Of a stretch of 64,000 nucleotides of DNA, positions 36,441 to 48,803 are shown piece by piece. Each line of letters begins with the position of its first letter. Position 1 is the stretch's first letter. A program made the translations under genes and the position numbers. A model generated the notes under the pieces. That model did no database searches. It saw nothing but the letters and a program-made list of their open reading frames with translations, and was not told the origin of the DNA. Source of the stretch: Lama guanicoe (lineage: Eukaryota). The stretch lies in NCBI GenBank assembly GCA_013239625.1, contig MU056905.1, forward strand, positions 38,106,783 through 38,170,782. The letters run 5' to 3'.

Positions 36441-36860
36441 CTACTGTAGGGGCTGAAATACGAGAAAACCCCAGGAGCTCCGATCCAGATTCAACTCCAG
36501 TGTCTGAAGCCCCTGCCATGCGTCTGGCACAGGGTCCCTTCACACTTGGTCGTGTGCCTCCCGACACTGGGGGAGTCTGTGCTTATAGACATGACGGAAT
36601 CCCATTGCCTTGACATTTCTGCATGGCCCCTCCGGACGCAGCTGGTGTGACCCCACCTGACTTGCCAGTCAGTCAAGTTCCCAGCTGACCTGACCTCCTG
36701 CCGGAGGCTGTGAGCTCCCCATGGTGACAGATGGATTTGCGCAGAGAGTGGGAGAGAATGAAGGCAAAGCAGGTTATCAAGACTTAGAAGAAAGGGAATT
36801 TGGGAAAGGGAATCTGGTTGACTCGGAGCTTTCTATTCCAAATGAATTCAATTACATTTG

Positions 36861-36984
36861 ACTTCTTTGGAGGGGGCTGTAATTGGGTTTATCTGTTTAT
36901 TTTTTTAATGGAGGTCCTGGGGATTGAACCGAGGACCTCATGCATGTTAGGCACGTGCTCTACCACTGAGCTATACCCTCCCCC
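36861..36984 (-). mobile_element. vic-1-like SINE
   Basis: ggggattgaacc..ggacctcatgcatg..aggcacgtgctctaccactgagctataccctccccc; flanked by ccaaatgaa(t/c)tca (36838-36850, 36988-37000). Confidence 0.9.
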
Positions 36985-38294
36985 ACCCCAAATGAACTCA
37001 GACTCCTTTTTCCTCACATTTTCTCTCAACCTACCAATTTCTTAATAGAAACTGAGGATGTGGGTGGAAATAAATTCTCAGTTGCAGCATCATGGGTGTC
37101 TACTGCATGAGGAAAAAGGAAAAACATCTTGGCTTGGTTTTATTTGGTTAGACTCAGAGGCCAGTGGCACCGTGAGATGTTTGCTTTAGGAAGACACCAT
37201 TGGCAGAGGTGTGGAGAATAGAAGGAAGGTCAGCGCAGGAGCCCAGGGGCCCGACTTTGGGAGGCTGTCGCCACTGTGGAGAAGAGGTGAGACAGGAACC
37301 TGGACAGCCCCCCCCCCCGGGAAAAGGTGGAGGTGGAGATGGGGGTTTATCCAGGAGGTCTGAGTGGCAGGACTTACTGCTATGACAATTTGTATTTCCC
37401 TGGGAAGCTTTTCAGAAATAAGTTGTATGTCACTGGAAGAAGAAAAACCAACACATAAACAAAGCCAAACCCAAACTCTCAAAAACACCGGATCCTAAAG
37501 AAAAGAAAAATTCAAGAAAACATGATGAGGAAAACACAGGTATCCAGGACATCTTGTAGAATCAGGGAAGATGGAGGGAAAATGTTGGTTGTTCCGTTGT
37601 TTTTGTGCTGCCTCAGATTGTACTCCCAGACACTTTTGATGCCTGATAACTGACACATATTTTACAATTTAGATTAAGTTAAATATACATCGCTGTTGTA
37701 TAATTTCGCAGGAAACTTGAAGATCAAAAAGAGTACATACTCACACATACATGTTTATCTTCAGGTTTTAGTTGTATTTTTGCTGCCTATGACTGTATAC
37801 AAAGGGTTTCAAAAGTGGTTTCCTTACTGACCAACAAAGGAGCTGTTCTTTTCATATTTCATTGAAGGTGTAATCATTTTTTGGAGCACATTGTACCTTG
37901 CCTACCTCCTTTCTTAATCAATAGCACGTGTATAAAAGAATTTGTTAGGCTCAATCTCTTCTTTAAGAGCAGAAATAAATTTTGAATAGTTTGCTGTTTG
38001 AAGTATTAACATGACAGATTATTGTTTACTCATTCTCTTAGCAAGAAAAAAAAATGGATTCTTTTCCCCTCCATTCTTACATTTTAATCAATGACATCAA
38101 TGATGTCTGAGAAGCCTTAGTATATTATTAACTGCATTTTAAAAAGATACTTGACAAAACTTGAAAGTGAATGATCAATGCTGTCGTTTTTCTATCAGTT
38201 GTATTTTTTCTGTTTGAAAACATATGTTGTGGTTATCTGTCATTTTAGCACAAAAGCATGAATATAAAATGCCAAACCTACTTAGAATAGGAGT

Positions 38295-38300
<6 letters not shown>

Positions 38301-38324
<24 letters not shown>
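38301..38324 (+). repeat. (TG)12 microsatellite
   Basis: Direct reading. Confidence 0.95.
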
Positions 38325-38325
<1 letters not shown>

Positions 38326-38404
38326 ATATGAACATCAAAACGGTAATGAAGAGGAAGTTGTATGTTTCTGAGAAGCATTTGAACATGAGGTGAAAATAGC
38401 AAAG

Positions 38405-38660
38405 ACAGGATAAATTAGAAGTTTGGGATGAACAGATAACACACACTACTGTCTATAAAATAGACAAACAACAAGGACCCACGGTATAGCACAGGGGACT
38501 ATATTTAATATCTTGTACTAACCTATACTGGAAAAGAATCTGAAAAATAACATATATAATGTACACGTATAACTGAAACTCTTTGCTGTACATCTGAAAC
38601 TAATACAACACTAACTCAGCAATACTTTCAATTAAAACAAAACAAAACAACAACGACAAC
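38405..38660 (+). mobile_element. Artiodactyl L1 3' end with an (AAAC/AAC)n tail
   Basis: acaacaaggaccc..gtatagcacagggg, tttgctgtacatctgaaactaa; TSD AAAATAGCAAAG (38393-38404, 38661-38672). Confidence 0.88.
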
Positions 38661-39159
38661 AAAATAGCAAAGGAGCTGAACCTTGTGTCTCTGCCATTGG
38701 GCCTCGCTGCCACCCCCTTCTCAAGGGGCTTTCAGGCAAATATCTACCCGATCTTTTCTGTAAGAGAAAGTGGTCACGTAACCATCCCATAGTTCCTTCT
38801 TCAGTTTCCTAAATTTGCCCCTCTGCCTTGTGTCTTTCCCGCTGTCTTCCTGACAACAGCAGCACAGAGTCAGCCTTCACAGCTCCCTCCCTCTTAGTAG
38901 TTTGCTTTCTCAGTAGAATTTCCCCTAGATTTGGAAAGAAAACCCTCTAATAGCTGTCTGCACTCCACAAAGCTCAAACAAAAATGGTTGTTAGGGTAGA
39001 CGAGCGGCACGTCTAATGCAGACTGCTTTGAGACCTTACAGCTTGGAGAAGGCTGAGCCTGCACGCATGGCTGGGATCCTAGTTGCAAAGAGGTAGGCCC
39101 GCAGCAGAGCTCAGCACTTCCTCCAAGGAAATCCTAAAATATACAGATTGTCTCTCCCG

Positions 39160-39850
39160 TTGACTGTAAATTGGAACAACGGTCTTGGGAGAGCAATTTG
39201 GCAACATTTTATCAATTTTTAAAATGCGCATTCCCTTCCACTCAGGGATTCTGCTTAGAGGCATTTATGCCTAAGTATCCGAAGATGCATGTCCAAAGAG
39301 ATTCAAAGCTGTGGTTTATGAAGGTAAAAGCACGAATGCAATCTATATATGTCTATTACTAGAGTATGATTAAAAAATCATGGTCCACCCACACAATGAA
39401 ACGGTAGGCAACAATTTTTGTGCTCTCAAGCAAAGATGCCTCAGTGGTGAAGACAAGGACTTGCTTGGTGAGGCTTTAGTGTTCCCTACTTTCCAGCACC
39501 CTCTTTTCTTTGATATCAACAATTGGCATTCCACTTTATATAAAGCGTATTACACCAGAGCTTCAGGACCCCTTCCCAACCAGATTGCCTTCGTCAAGTC
39601 CCTCCTGTATCAACAATATGGAGCTATCACTAGAGCAGTTACAGTTTTCTCAAAAAGTAAAATAGTATGGTAATACTTAGACACAAGACAGAATCCACGC
39701 ACACACACGTGTCTTCAAGGATATCCCTGAGACGGGAGTTATCTCTGGATAGAAGGGCTGGAGATGGGGGTGGAGAAGAGACTTGACACTTTTGGTCTGT
39801 TTTTACTGCTTTGTTATGAGCACATACTACTTTTATATTTAAAAAAATGA
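39160..39850 (+). mobile_element. Ancient L1ME fragments
   Basis: gtaaattggaacaac...gagagcaatttggcaa and gttatctctgg motifs. Confidence 0.55.
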
Positions 39851-42009
39851 ATTTTAAACCGAGAACTCTACATAAACAAGTGCCTAAAATGGAAAGTTAG
39901 TAAAGGCCACTGAAAGGGGGTGGTTACTGCAATCCTTTGGGTACAGGCACTTTAACAAGGCCCTGCAAAACCATGCAGGCCCCGTGTTCTCTGTGGTGGT
40001 CCCTGGCCACGCACAGCAGACACTTGTCTCTTTTGCCTATCCCTGTATCCCTCCTGAAGACACAGTCCCCTGGAGTCCTGTGGCCACCTGATTCGTCAGG
40101 ACCATGAAGGTTGTGCCTTGAGTCTGGCAGGGGTGGCAGAGCTCACCTCCTCTGAGATGCCTTCTAGGATTCTTGTAGCCCTCATTGGTCTCTGCCTTCT
40201 TTTCACTCCCATTACAAAAAAAAAAAATTTAATTGGTTTAGTGCCTATCTACCTTTTATTTATATTAATCGTATTCCTTTTCTCTCCGGGGAGCTGATGG
40301 TAGGAAGACCCCTTCAGCTCAACGACAGCCGCTCCGACCACAGTGCCCCCTTGGCTACCCCGCAGACCTGCTGGTGAGGAGGACAGGTTTTGCTCCTCCA
40401 CCAGGACTGCAGGTATAGGGTTTCCTGTTGCAGTAAAGGGGAGAAGTTCACACACTGTGCCAAATTGCGGATAATGGGACATTCTTGGACAGTAGCTGCG
40501 ACTCTCCTGGGAGATTCCTGCCTCAGGACAAAGTCCCCACTTCTTAGCAGGAAGCATAAGGCTCAGTATGCGTTCTCACTCTGCCAAAACGCACACGCAC
40601 ACGCACACACTCAGGATCCCCATCTGCGGTCAATTTCTGGTACACACCCATACTCTAGCTTCACCAAGTTATTTGTCTTCCTGGAATACACAGTGTGTTT
40701 TTCTACCACAATACTAATTTATACCAACTGTGGTTCAGTGGTATCCAGAATGCAATTAACCCACATTCGTTTTCTCCTTCCTTTGCATTTTGACTCAATG
40801 ATGCTTAACTCTAAATAGCTTCTCCCTTAGAAGGAGAAAAAAAAAGACTCCAACAAGACAGCTGGAGGATGGGCAAACCCCAACCACGTCTCACAATCCT
40901 GTGGGTTTGTAATGTTCCGTGTCATTGCCCACTGCATTCTCACTGGGGTGTGCTCCACGTGAGTCACTGTACAAGGCCCAGCCTCAGTTGTAAACAAAAA
41001 TGAGTGTTTGCCTTCCTTACATATATGGAAAAGAATCGTTAGGCTTGCAGAAAAAAGATAGTTGCGGTTCAGTGTTTAATTTTTGGTTTTGCTGGTGGAA
41101 GATGAAGTTTATTTTGCTTTCTCCAATGTTTACTTGTGTCTTGCTATTCAGGCATGCAATTTTCTGAAGTTTTGTCCTTACGGCCTAATTGGGAATTCTC
41201 CTATGGTGTTCAAACGATCTCTGCTATTAACTCTTGATTTACTGATTGGTTTTTGGGCACAAAGAGTTAAAAAGCTGCAGAGGTAAACGGCTACAGACTA
41301 ATGTATACAGCTCCCGAGTAAGGAAATAGACCAGTTCCATTCAAGAGAGCATGTGCCTAAGGTATGTGAAGTTCTCTACTTAGTGAACATCAGGAAATGG
41401 TACCAACAGCTGTCTGGCTGGCATGCTGCGATCCGGCTACTTGCTGTACATCACCCTGGCTTCACTCTGGCACATCATCAGCTTTGAAAGGCGCAAAACT
41501 GTTTTCAGCTCAATTGCAAATTTAGATAGGAAATAACCTATTTGGCATGAAAGATGTTGGGCACTCAGTGTGGTTTTCCGACTACCTGAATTTAATTTGA
41601 GACCCTCTGAATATTTTTACCTGCCACTCTGCTGAGACGAGAGCTTGACGGTCAACTCAAGGGAATGCCTGGGATGGGGAAGACTCATTAATCATCTACG
41701 ATGCATTGTCCTTCAAGCACAGAGCATGGTGGCTTCTTTTTTAAAAACTGGAGGAACACATTGAGGTCCCTTACTGGAAGAGGTCAGGTGGCATCTTCAC
41801 TGAGTACAACTTGGAATGGAAGGATACTTTCTTCTTTTATGTGCATGAGCATACATGACTTATCTGAGCATACATGACTTATCTGATAACCAGGGACTTG
41901 TGCCTTTCAGTCAGAAGTTAGTAGTTCCCAACTGGAGTCCATGAACCCCTTTTCCTCCTGTCATATCTTTTTGGAATCATAAAGAAGGCTAAACCTAAGG
42001 CAAGGTGAG

Positions 42010-42710
42010 AATACTCCAATTCAATAGCAGTCAAAGAAATTAAAAAAAAAAAAGGATGAGAATCCATGTTTTTGTCATCAAATTGGCAAAGACTTTAAAA
42101 AAAAATTACATAACACTCATCAGTCAAAGGGTACAGTCATATATGAGAATGGGAGGATAATGATGTAAAATGTTAACCATTTTTCTGAAGGGGAATCTGG
42201 CATAGCAAAATATATGCATATCTTTGATCAGAAAATATGCCTTCTAAGATATATTTTGGATACGATTAAGGATATGAGCAAAGACTTAGTGACAAAGATA
42301 CTAACTGCAGTGTGGTTTCTAACACAGGAAAACTTGAAATGACTAAAGTGTTTACCAACTGGACATTAGTTAAATAAACTATGGTATAATCATATAAAGA
42401 AATGATCTATAGTCATTTAAAACACTGTTGAAAAGATTACTGATGCAGAAAGATGTTCACAGTATTGTGTTGTTAGAAAAGCAGGTAAAAAATTAGCACA
42501 CTTTGTATATTCCAACTTCATTATGAAAAGTATTTACATAACACATGTGTATAAAGATAGGTACCAAAAAATTAACCGCACTTATTTCTGGGTGGTGAAA
42601 TTTAAGGTTGTTTAAATTTTTTTCTAATTATCTGCATTTTCAAAATTTTTTATAATTTATGTGTATATATTTACATTAGTGAAACATAAAAACTAATTCT
42701 AACTTAAATA
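42010..42710 (+). mobile_element. Ancient L1ME 3' region
   Basis: catcaaattggcaaagact, gttaaataaactatggta, ttatttctgggtggtg motifs. Confidence 0.7.
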
Positions 42711-42786
42711 AACCAATATGAATATGCATGAAGAAGCTAAGTTATTTGTGGCAATGACAGCAAGTCTAGGAGCCTGTGAATCTATG

Positions 42787-43260
42787 ATTGATGGAGACTG
42801 TGTGTTGCCTACTCCAATATCCACTTCACCCCTTTCCCTTAGTCTTAGCTCCCCAATTTTCAGCTGGGCACATCGCTTAAGTAAAAGACGTTATTTCCCA
42901 GCCTCCCTTGCAGGAAAGGTGGTCAAGACTAGATTCAGACTACTGAGATGTAAATGGAAGTGCTATGTGGGGACTTTAAGAACCCCCACTGAAGGGCATG
43001 GGTTTACTTTATTCCTCCCTTTTCCCTTCTCAGACAGATGTACTGGCTGCCCCACAGGTCTGTGACATGGAAGCTGTGTGTGGAGGACGGCAGAAGACAG
43101 AGGTAGAGGGGTAGGTTCCTTGGGATGGACAGAGACCCCATATCAGCTTTGGACTGTTTGCCTTCACACTGTTTCATATTATAGAAACATTCATTTCTGT
43201 TTCTTTTAAACTGCTGTGATTTGGGGGTGTTCAGCTATTTGTAGCCATGGACTTAGTGTG
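42787..43260 (+). mobile_element. Old MaLR/ERVL LTR related to the 23424 element
   Basis: ccaatatccac...agctgggcacat...tttcccagcctcccttgcag. Confidence 0.65.
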
Positions 43261-44130
43261 TTTGTGGTTGTTTCTAACTGATCAGAACCCTTTAGTGAAG
43301 GGCTTCTTAGAATCGGTTGTCCAGAAAAAGAAAAGATTCGGAGCATCATAAAAAAACCCATACTTTCACATGTATCTACACTAGCATATTGAATTTCTGA
43401 AATGTCTAGATGACTTTCTCATTAGTGATTTCTCTTTTTTGGATGGAGCAGACAAGCCCATCTAGACACGATCTTAAATGTTGATCCAGCCAATACGGAG
43501 GCAGCAGCTGCCAAATGGAATTCTTAATGGTATAAAATTAAAACTTTAAATGGATGTTAGTCGTGATGAAAATAATGCCATTTTTACACCTGTGCAAATG
43601 TGCCTTATTAAAGTATAGAGGCTTTGAATGATTACATTTAGGAAAAAGGAGCCTATTACTAAAGGCAAGTTCATCATCCGGGATGTAGTGTTACAGGAAT
43701 TTTTACCAAATGAGTATTTCTGTGAACTAACTCATGGCTCTGAGAGAAAAATTGTATCGAACTCTGATTACATGGATTCTTTAGCATTCAGTCATATGGC
43801 TACAAAAGTTAAGAGGAGCAGTCAAGTTTGTATCATGAATGGACTGCATGAAACATTTTACTCTCTTTTGGGGACATGCAACTAATTTTCTCAGATTTCA
43901 TCGTTAGACGGCTAGTTTAGAGAGTAGTGTGACTGCGTGCTTCAAAGATTTAAATCTTGATGATGACGAAAAGTTTATTTTGTTAGCACTGCTTCTGTAA
44001 GAAAACACTTGGGCATTTCAAAATGACATTTAAAATGACGTGACAATACAGGCAACTAAAAACCACAACATTAATTTCTTCCACCCCCCAACTGAAGACA
44101 TTATTAGAAATGACAGTGGCCAGAGTAAAG

Positions 44131-44155
44131 AAAAAAAAAAAAAAAAAAAAAAAAA
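44131..44155 (+). repeat. A25 homopolymer
   Basis: Direct reading. Confidence 0.95.
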
Positions 44156-47100
44156 GGGAAAAACATGTATTTACAGAGAGACATCCCCTTTTTCTTTATT
44201 TTAGCTTTCCCTTTATCAATGCAAATGGTCTTGTTTTCATCTCTGTAGGATTCTTTCCTCCCTGCATTCCACAAGCCCAGAGAAACTCGCTGGAACTCTT
44301 ACAAAACCCTTTCTTGCTACCATATTAGGAATCAAAATGTGTAGCAGAAACCCACTGCCAAGTCGAGATAATCAACGGGGAATGTCTGTGCCTTCAAGCC
44401 AAATGAGTGCAGAAAAATGATCAAGGCGGCAAAATGAATTATAAAACTGAGGACTGGCTTTAGATGATGATCTTTAGATTACACCCCACTCACTAGTGCA
44501 GCTGGGCTGGGAATGCCTGTACCTCTTGGCCACTCAGGTACCAGAGGCTAGTTGGGTCTAATTTTACTGTGGAGATAATTCTCTCTTAGTCACAAGTGGA
44601 GCCAAGGGAAATAATATATCTCTGCCTTATTACCTACATTAAAAATTGTTATAGTCGCCAGCCTCACAAATCTTCTACCTCCTAACCCCAAACTGATTCT
44701 GCGATACTTCAAGTATTAGATTTTCTTTTTTCCAACTTTTGCAAAGGGCCTGGAAGTATCTGGAAGTTACCAGAAAACCTGCTGGCTATTTTCACTCCAG
44801 GTGAAACTGGTTATAAGATTAGTTACATTTGCTTAATTTATGCACAGCCCTTGATCCAGCACGTATTTGACTAGAAATACATTTTTAATTAATACATGTG
44901 ACAAAATGAATAGATGATTCAAACCACAACACAGTGGTTCTGGAATCCTCACAAGGGGTGCGATGGGGATTATATGGTGAAGGCTGAGCAATTACCTAGT
45001 GAATTAAACAGACTATTGTGCAACTAGCTGCCTGCTTTATTAAGACAGTAATGATAACACCTGAGAATGTAATGCGGTCACGATGAATAATTTGACCTTG
45101 CAGCTGCGTTTCGTAAGTCTTAAAGGAGTCAGAGGTAAGAAATGAGGAGATTGGAGAACAGAAGGTTTCATAAATCAAGAACAACAGATGACGGGAGCCT
45201 GGGTGAGAGTGTAATTGTAGACTCTGGATGAAGCAAAGAATTCAGAGCTATTACAATGTAATTTGTGTACTATGACTCTCTACGAAATTTTAATTATCAG
45301 CAAAATAATAGACCCATGGTCAAAGTGCTTCTGGCCATCTTACCTGGATAACAAAAAAGATAACAGGGGAAAAAAAAAAGAGGTCTAGGACCTTTGGAGG
45401 TGCAGGGACAAGCCAACCAAAAAGCCTTCCTCCTGTGTTTATTGCATGTTTACGATAGAAGTTTACAAGGTTTTCCTGGATCTTATCGTATTCGACCCTT
45501 TGCGAAGTCTGTGAGGAAGGCCTCTTTACCCCTGTCATCCATGTGAGGGCACAGGTTGGGTCAACTCTGCCTGGAGTCTCAGCAAGATGGTGCACTAGGT
45601 CTCCAATCCTTGCTCTTCCCAAAACTCTCACTAGCGCCAGCCTACGTGGGGGCACCTGGTTCTCTGCGGGCTCCTCCTTTCCTTTGCAATGAGTAGCAGC
45701 TCCCACCTTGCTCTTTTGTTCAGCCTTCCATTTGACAAATTTTTAATTCTTCAATAGTTTTGGGGACTCCACAGCTCGGCGTTGGTGAGGCAAAACTACG
45801 CCCAGAATGGACAAACAGGCAGGAAGTGCCCTTTGTTAGAGCTACTGGAGAAGGGACCCCAATACCTTGGCCGTTACTGCCACCTCCTGTTCAGACTGGC
45901 TCACCCAGAGCTGCCTTTACATACATGTGCTGTAAGTTCGCGTGTAATACCCGAGCCGAACTGATTCCAGGGGAGAGTCAGGGATATTCCCCCGTACATT
46001 TGAGCTCCCCTATTCAACCCGTTCTGGAAGCAACATCTTTGGGTGGTGGCCAGTGTTAGAAGGTGGTGTCAACGGGATTTAGGGAGCGAAGACTATTGTT
46101 GCAGGAGGAGGAGCTGGGAAGAGGAGGTCTCTGCGAGGTGGCCATGTGGCCGAAGACGGAGGGGAGGAGGACAGCCACGCGCTCCTACTCTGAGTGTCCC
46201 GCCTGACCCGCCGCTCTGAAACAGAGACCGCTGTGTGGTCCACGTACACGAGAACTGAAGGAACACAGGAAAGCTGACCCTCTTCTGATTTCAGGAAAAG
46301 AGCCTTGATGTATCCGAGTCACAGATGTGTGGCAGACTCAGCCACCTGCAAGTGAGGTCAAGAACTGGGATGGCGGCGGGACACAAAGAAGATCCCGGAT
46401 CTTCCTGGAGTTTAGTATGTGAGCTTCTGAGAATGTGGCAATCAGAGCCATCCCGATGGTTCAACAAATTCGAATAATTGTGCCAGGGTTCAAAGTTGTC
46501 TTTCTTTTATAGCTTCCTGACTAATGATGGGAAGGCAACTCTAGGGAGCAGCTGGGTAACTGTGCTGGGGGAGGGAAAGTGGGCCAGGGAGGTGGCAGTC
46601 CTGCTACCTGGTGCTACAGAGTCACGACAGGTGACAGAGCCCTACCTGTCTCATCATCCAGGCCCGCAACATACACGCGGGACGGCCTCTTTTCTTCTAA
46701 AAGCCAGGAGAAGCTACTGTTATGAGCCTGTTTTCCTTTCAAGATAGTTTCTGGTGCTAAGTTTAAGTTGATTTCACTTATTAATGGGAGAGGCCCACAC
46801 AGTATGGTTAGTCACAGGTAACAGACCACCCCAGGGGGAGTTCTGGTGACAAACCCAGAGTGAGTCACGGAGGAGTAAAAAAAGAATATGGATTACCTCG
46901 CCAACTATTTCTCTAGAACACTGGCTTCCAGCCATGGGACTGAACTTTTTCTCGTGGCACCAGGCAAACGTCAACTTCTCAATCAATGATAATTGATAAG
47001 ATATTGATCATTGACCAATAATATAATTGCTCAGTGTGAAAATGCTCTCTATTCCGTCCGGACACAGTCAAACACTGCAACTTGCAAGTCATTCTGAAGG

Positions 47101-48177
47101 TCACTCGGCTCTGAAGTCATTCTGAAGGTCCTGCCCAAGTGGGTTAGGCTCGCAGTTGTGATTCTGTGACAGAATTTCGCAGAGAAGGTATATCTAGGTC
47201 CAAGTTCAATCAAAAGGGCCACTGGCACAATCTTTTTCTTGATAGCCAACATAAAAAAAATTAGGCTCCCCCCAAAATACTCCTTTTCCCCAAAGCCCTG
47301 GGAAATTGTTGCCCTATAAATTACACAACTGTGATTATGTGCTGGATTTCATTGTGCTCTACAGGGTGGTCCCGCAGCTCAGGTTCTGAGGACTGTCTGT
47401 GCTGGGCGAGGCGGGGATGTTTCCTGGGCAGAGGCGTTCCCTTCAGGGGCAGGTGCCTGACCACCAGGTAGCATCCATGCCTCAGATGACACTGGCTTTT
47501 CCAGATAAGTTGGTTATTTGTGTCCTCATTTGTAGATCTGACCATCTGCTGAGGCTTGGAAATAATTCACAGATGAATTCAACATTTTTCCTCCTGTTGC
47601 TGTGGTGTGGCCAAAGGGCCTGGTGAGAGGCATGGCCAGAGGTTTACTGCCCAGTGTATTCGGAGAGGCTAATGTTGTGAGGGTGTCGAGGGCATCTGGG
47701 GCCCTGGGGTAGCATAGTATAAATTCGGCTTCTGCTCAAAAGTGACCACTTAACAGCTCGGTTTCTAGAATTTCGTTTTTAAGAAGGCAAGTAGAATGAA
47801 TTTGACTAAGCTCAACCGTTATAATTTAGCCTGCCATTCCTAGGAATTGCATTAGGTAATTGCGGCCTCCAACCAGACAGAGAGCAATTAGACTGCCCTG
47901 GTATTTGATAAACTAGCTTTTTTGGGTCCCCACAGTCATGCTTTCCCCCTGTGAAACCTATACTCAGAGGCCAAGCCCCTTTGCAGTTTCTCATCATGCT
48001 TATCCTTGGAGCTCTGGCTTCAGTTTACTCAGTTATAAGAGTAAAATGGATTCCAAGGCCCATTTATTAAAATATGACTCAGCTTAATACATTTAAAGAA
48101 AACCCACAGATTAAACAACGCCGACACCCACGTCGGCTGGAAATCTCGCAGGCGGCATTGTTCTTGTAGTCAATCTG

Positions 48178-48362
48178 AGATGTTCTTGAACTTTCACCTT
48201 CATCGGAATCACCTGGAGGGCTCGTTAAACCCAGCTGCTGCGCCCCACTCACAGATGCGGTCGATCTCGGGTGGGGAGGGGTCCGAGAAGGTCCACTTCT
48301 AATAACTTTCAGGTGGAGTTGATGCTGCGGGGCCTCCAACCGCATTTTGAGAATTTGCTGCT
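48178..48362. mobile_element. MER5A (hAT-Charlie)
   Basis: catcggaatcacctggagggctcgttaaa...ttctaataa...gatgctg..cattttgag. Confidence 0.75.
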
Positions 48363-48438
48363 CCAAGAAGCACACGTTTTACCAGCCTCTCTCCTCTTTT
48401 TTCTTAATCTCTAGACCATGATGACACTCGTTGAGGCC

Positions 48439-48803
48439 TGTGATGGGCTGAATTCTGTCCCCCTAACTCGTATGTTGAAGACCTAACCCCCAGGAATGTG
48501 ACTGTGTTCGGTGGCAGGGCCTTTAAATAGGCAATTAAGTTAAAGTGAGGTCACGGGGTGGTGGGGGTGGGCTTCAACCAATGGGAGGTCCTCACAGAAA
48601 AGGGCCGACCCTCCCCGAGGAGGGGCGTTCTCCCAGCAGACGGCCTTCGGATTCCAGCCGGGACGTCAGCGCCGCCCTCGGTCTCCCGCCTCCCGCCTCC
48701 CCTGCCAACCTCTACAGAACCGTGAGTCCGTTCCTCCAGTTTTCTCTCCCTCTTTACACACACGTAGCCCTCCTGTTGGTTTTGTCCCTCTGGAGACTCC
48801 TAC
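48439..48803 (+). mobile_element. Chimeric LTR: MLT1 5' part (48439-~48562) joined to MLT2B 3' part
   Basis: The 5' part matches the reverse complement of 4530-4610; the 3' part matches the MLT2 copy at 3291-3380 (gggtgggcttca..aat...ttct.ccagcagac). Confidence 0.75.

Noticed and set aside
40249-40818. Possible ERV internal or pseudogene fragment (102/142-aa ORFs)
   Set aside because: No convincing RT, RNase H, integrase or cellular protein motif could be recognised.
38000-48000. Orthologue of the human SYT1-intronic MIR1252 hairpin
   Set aside because: No matching hairpin recognised by eye; cannot be supported without an alignment.
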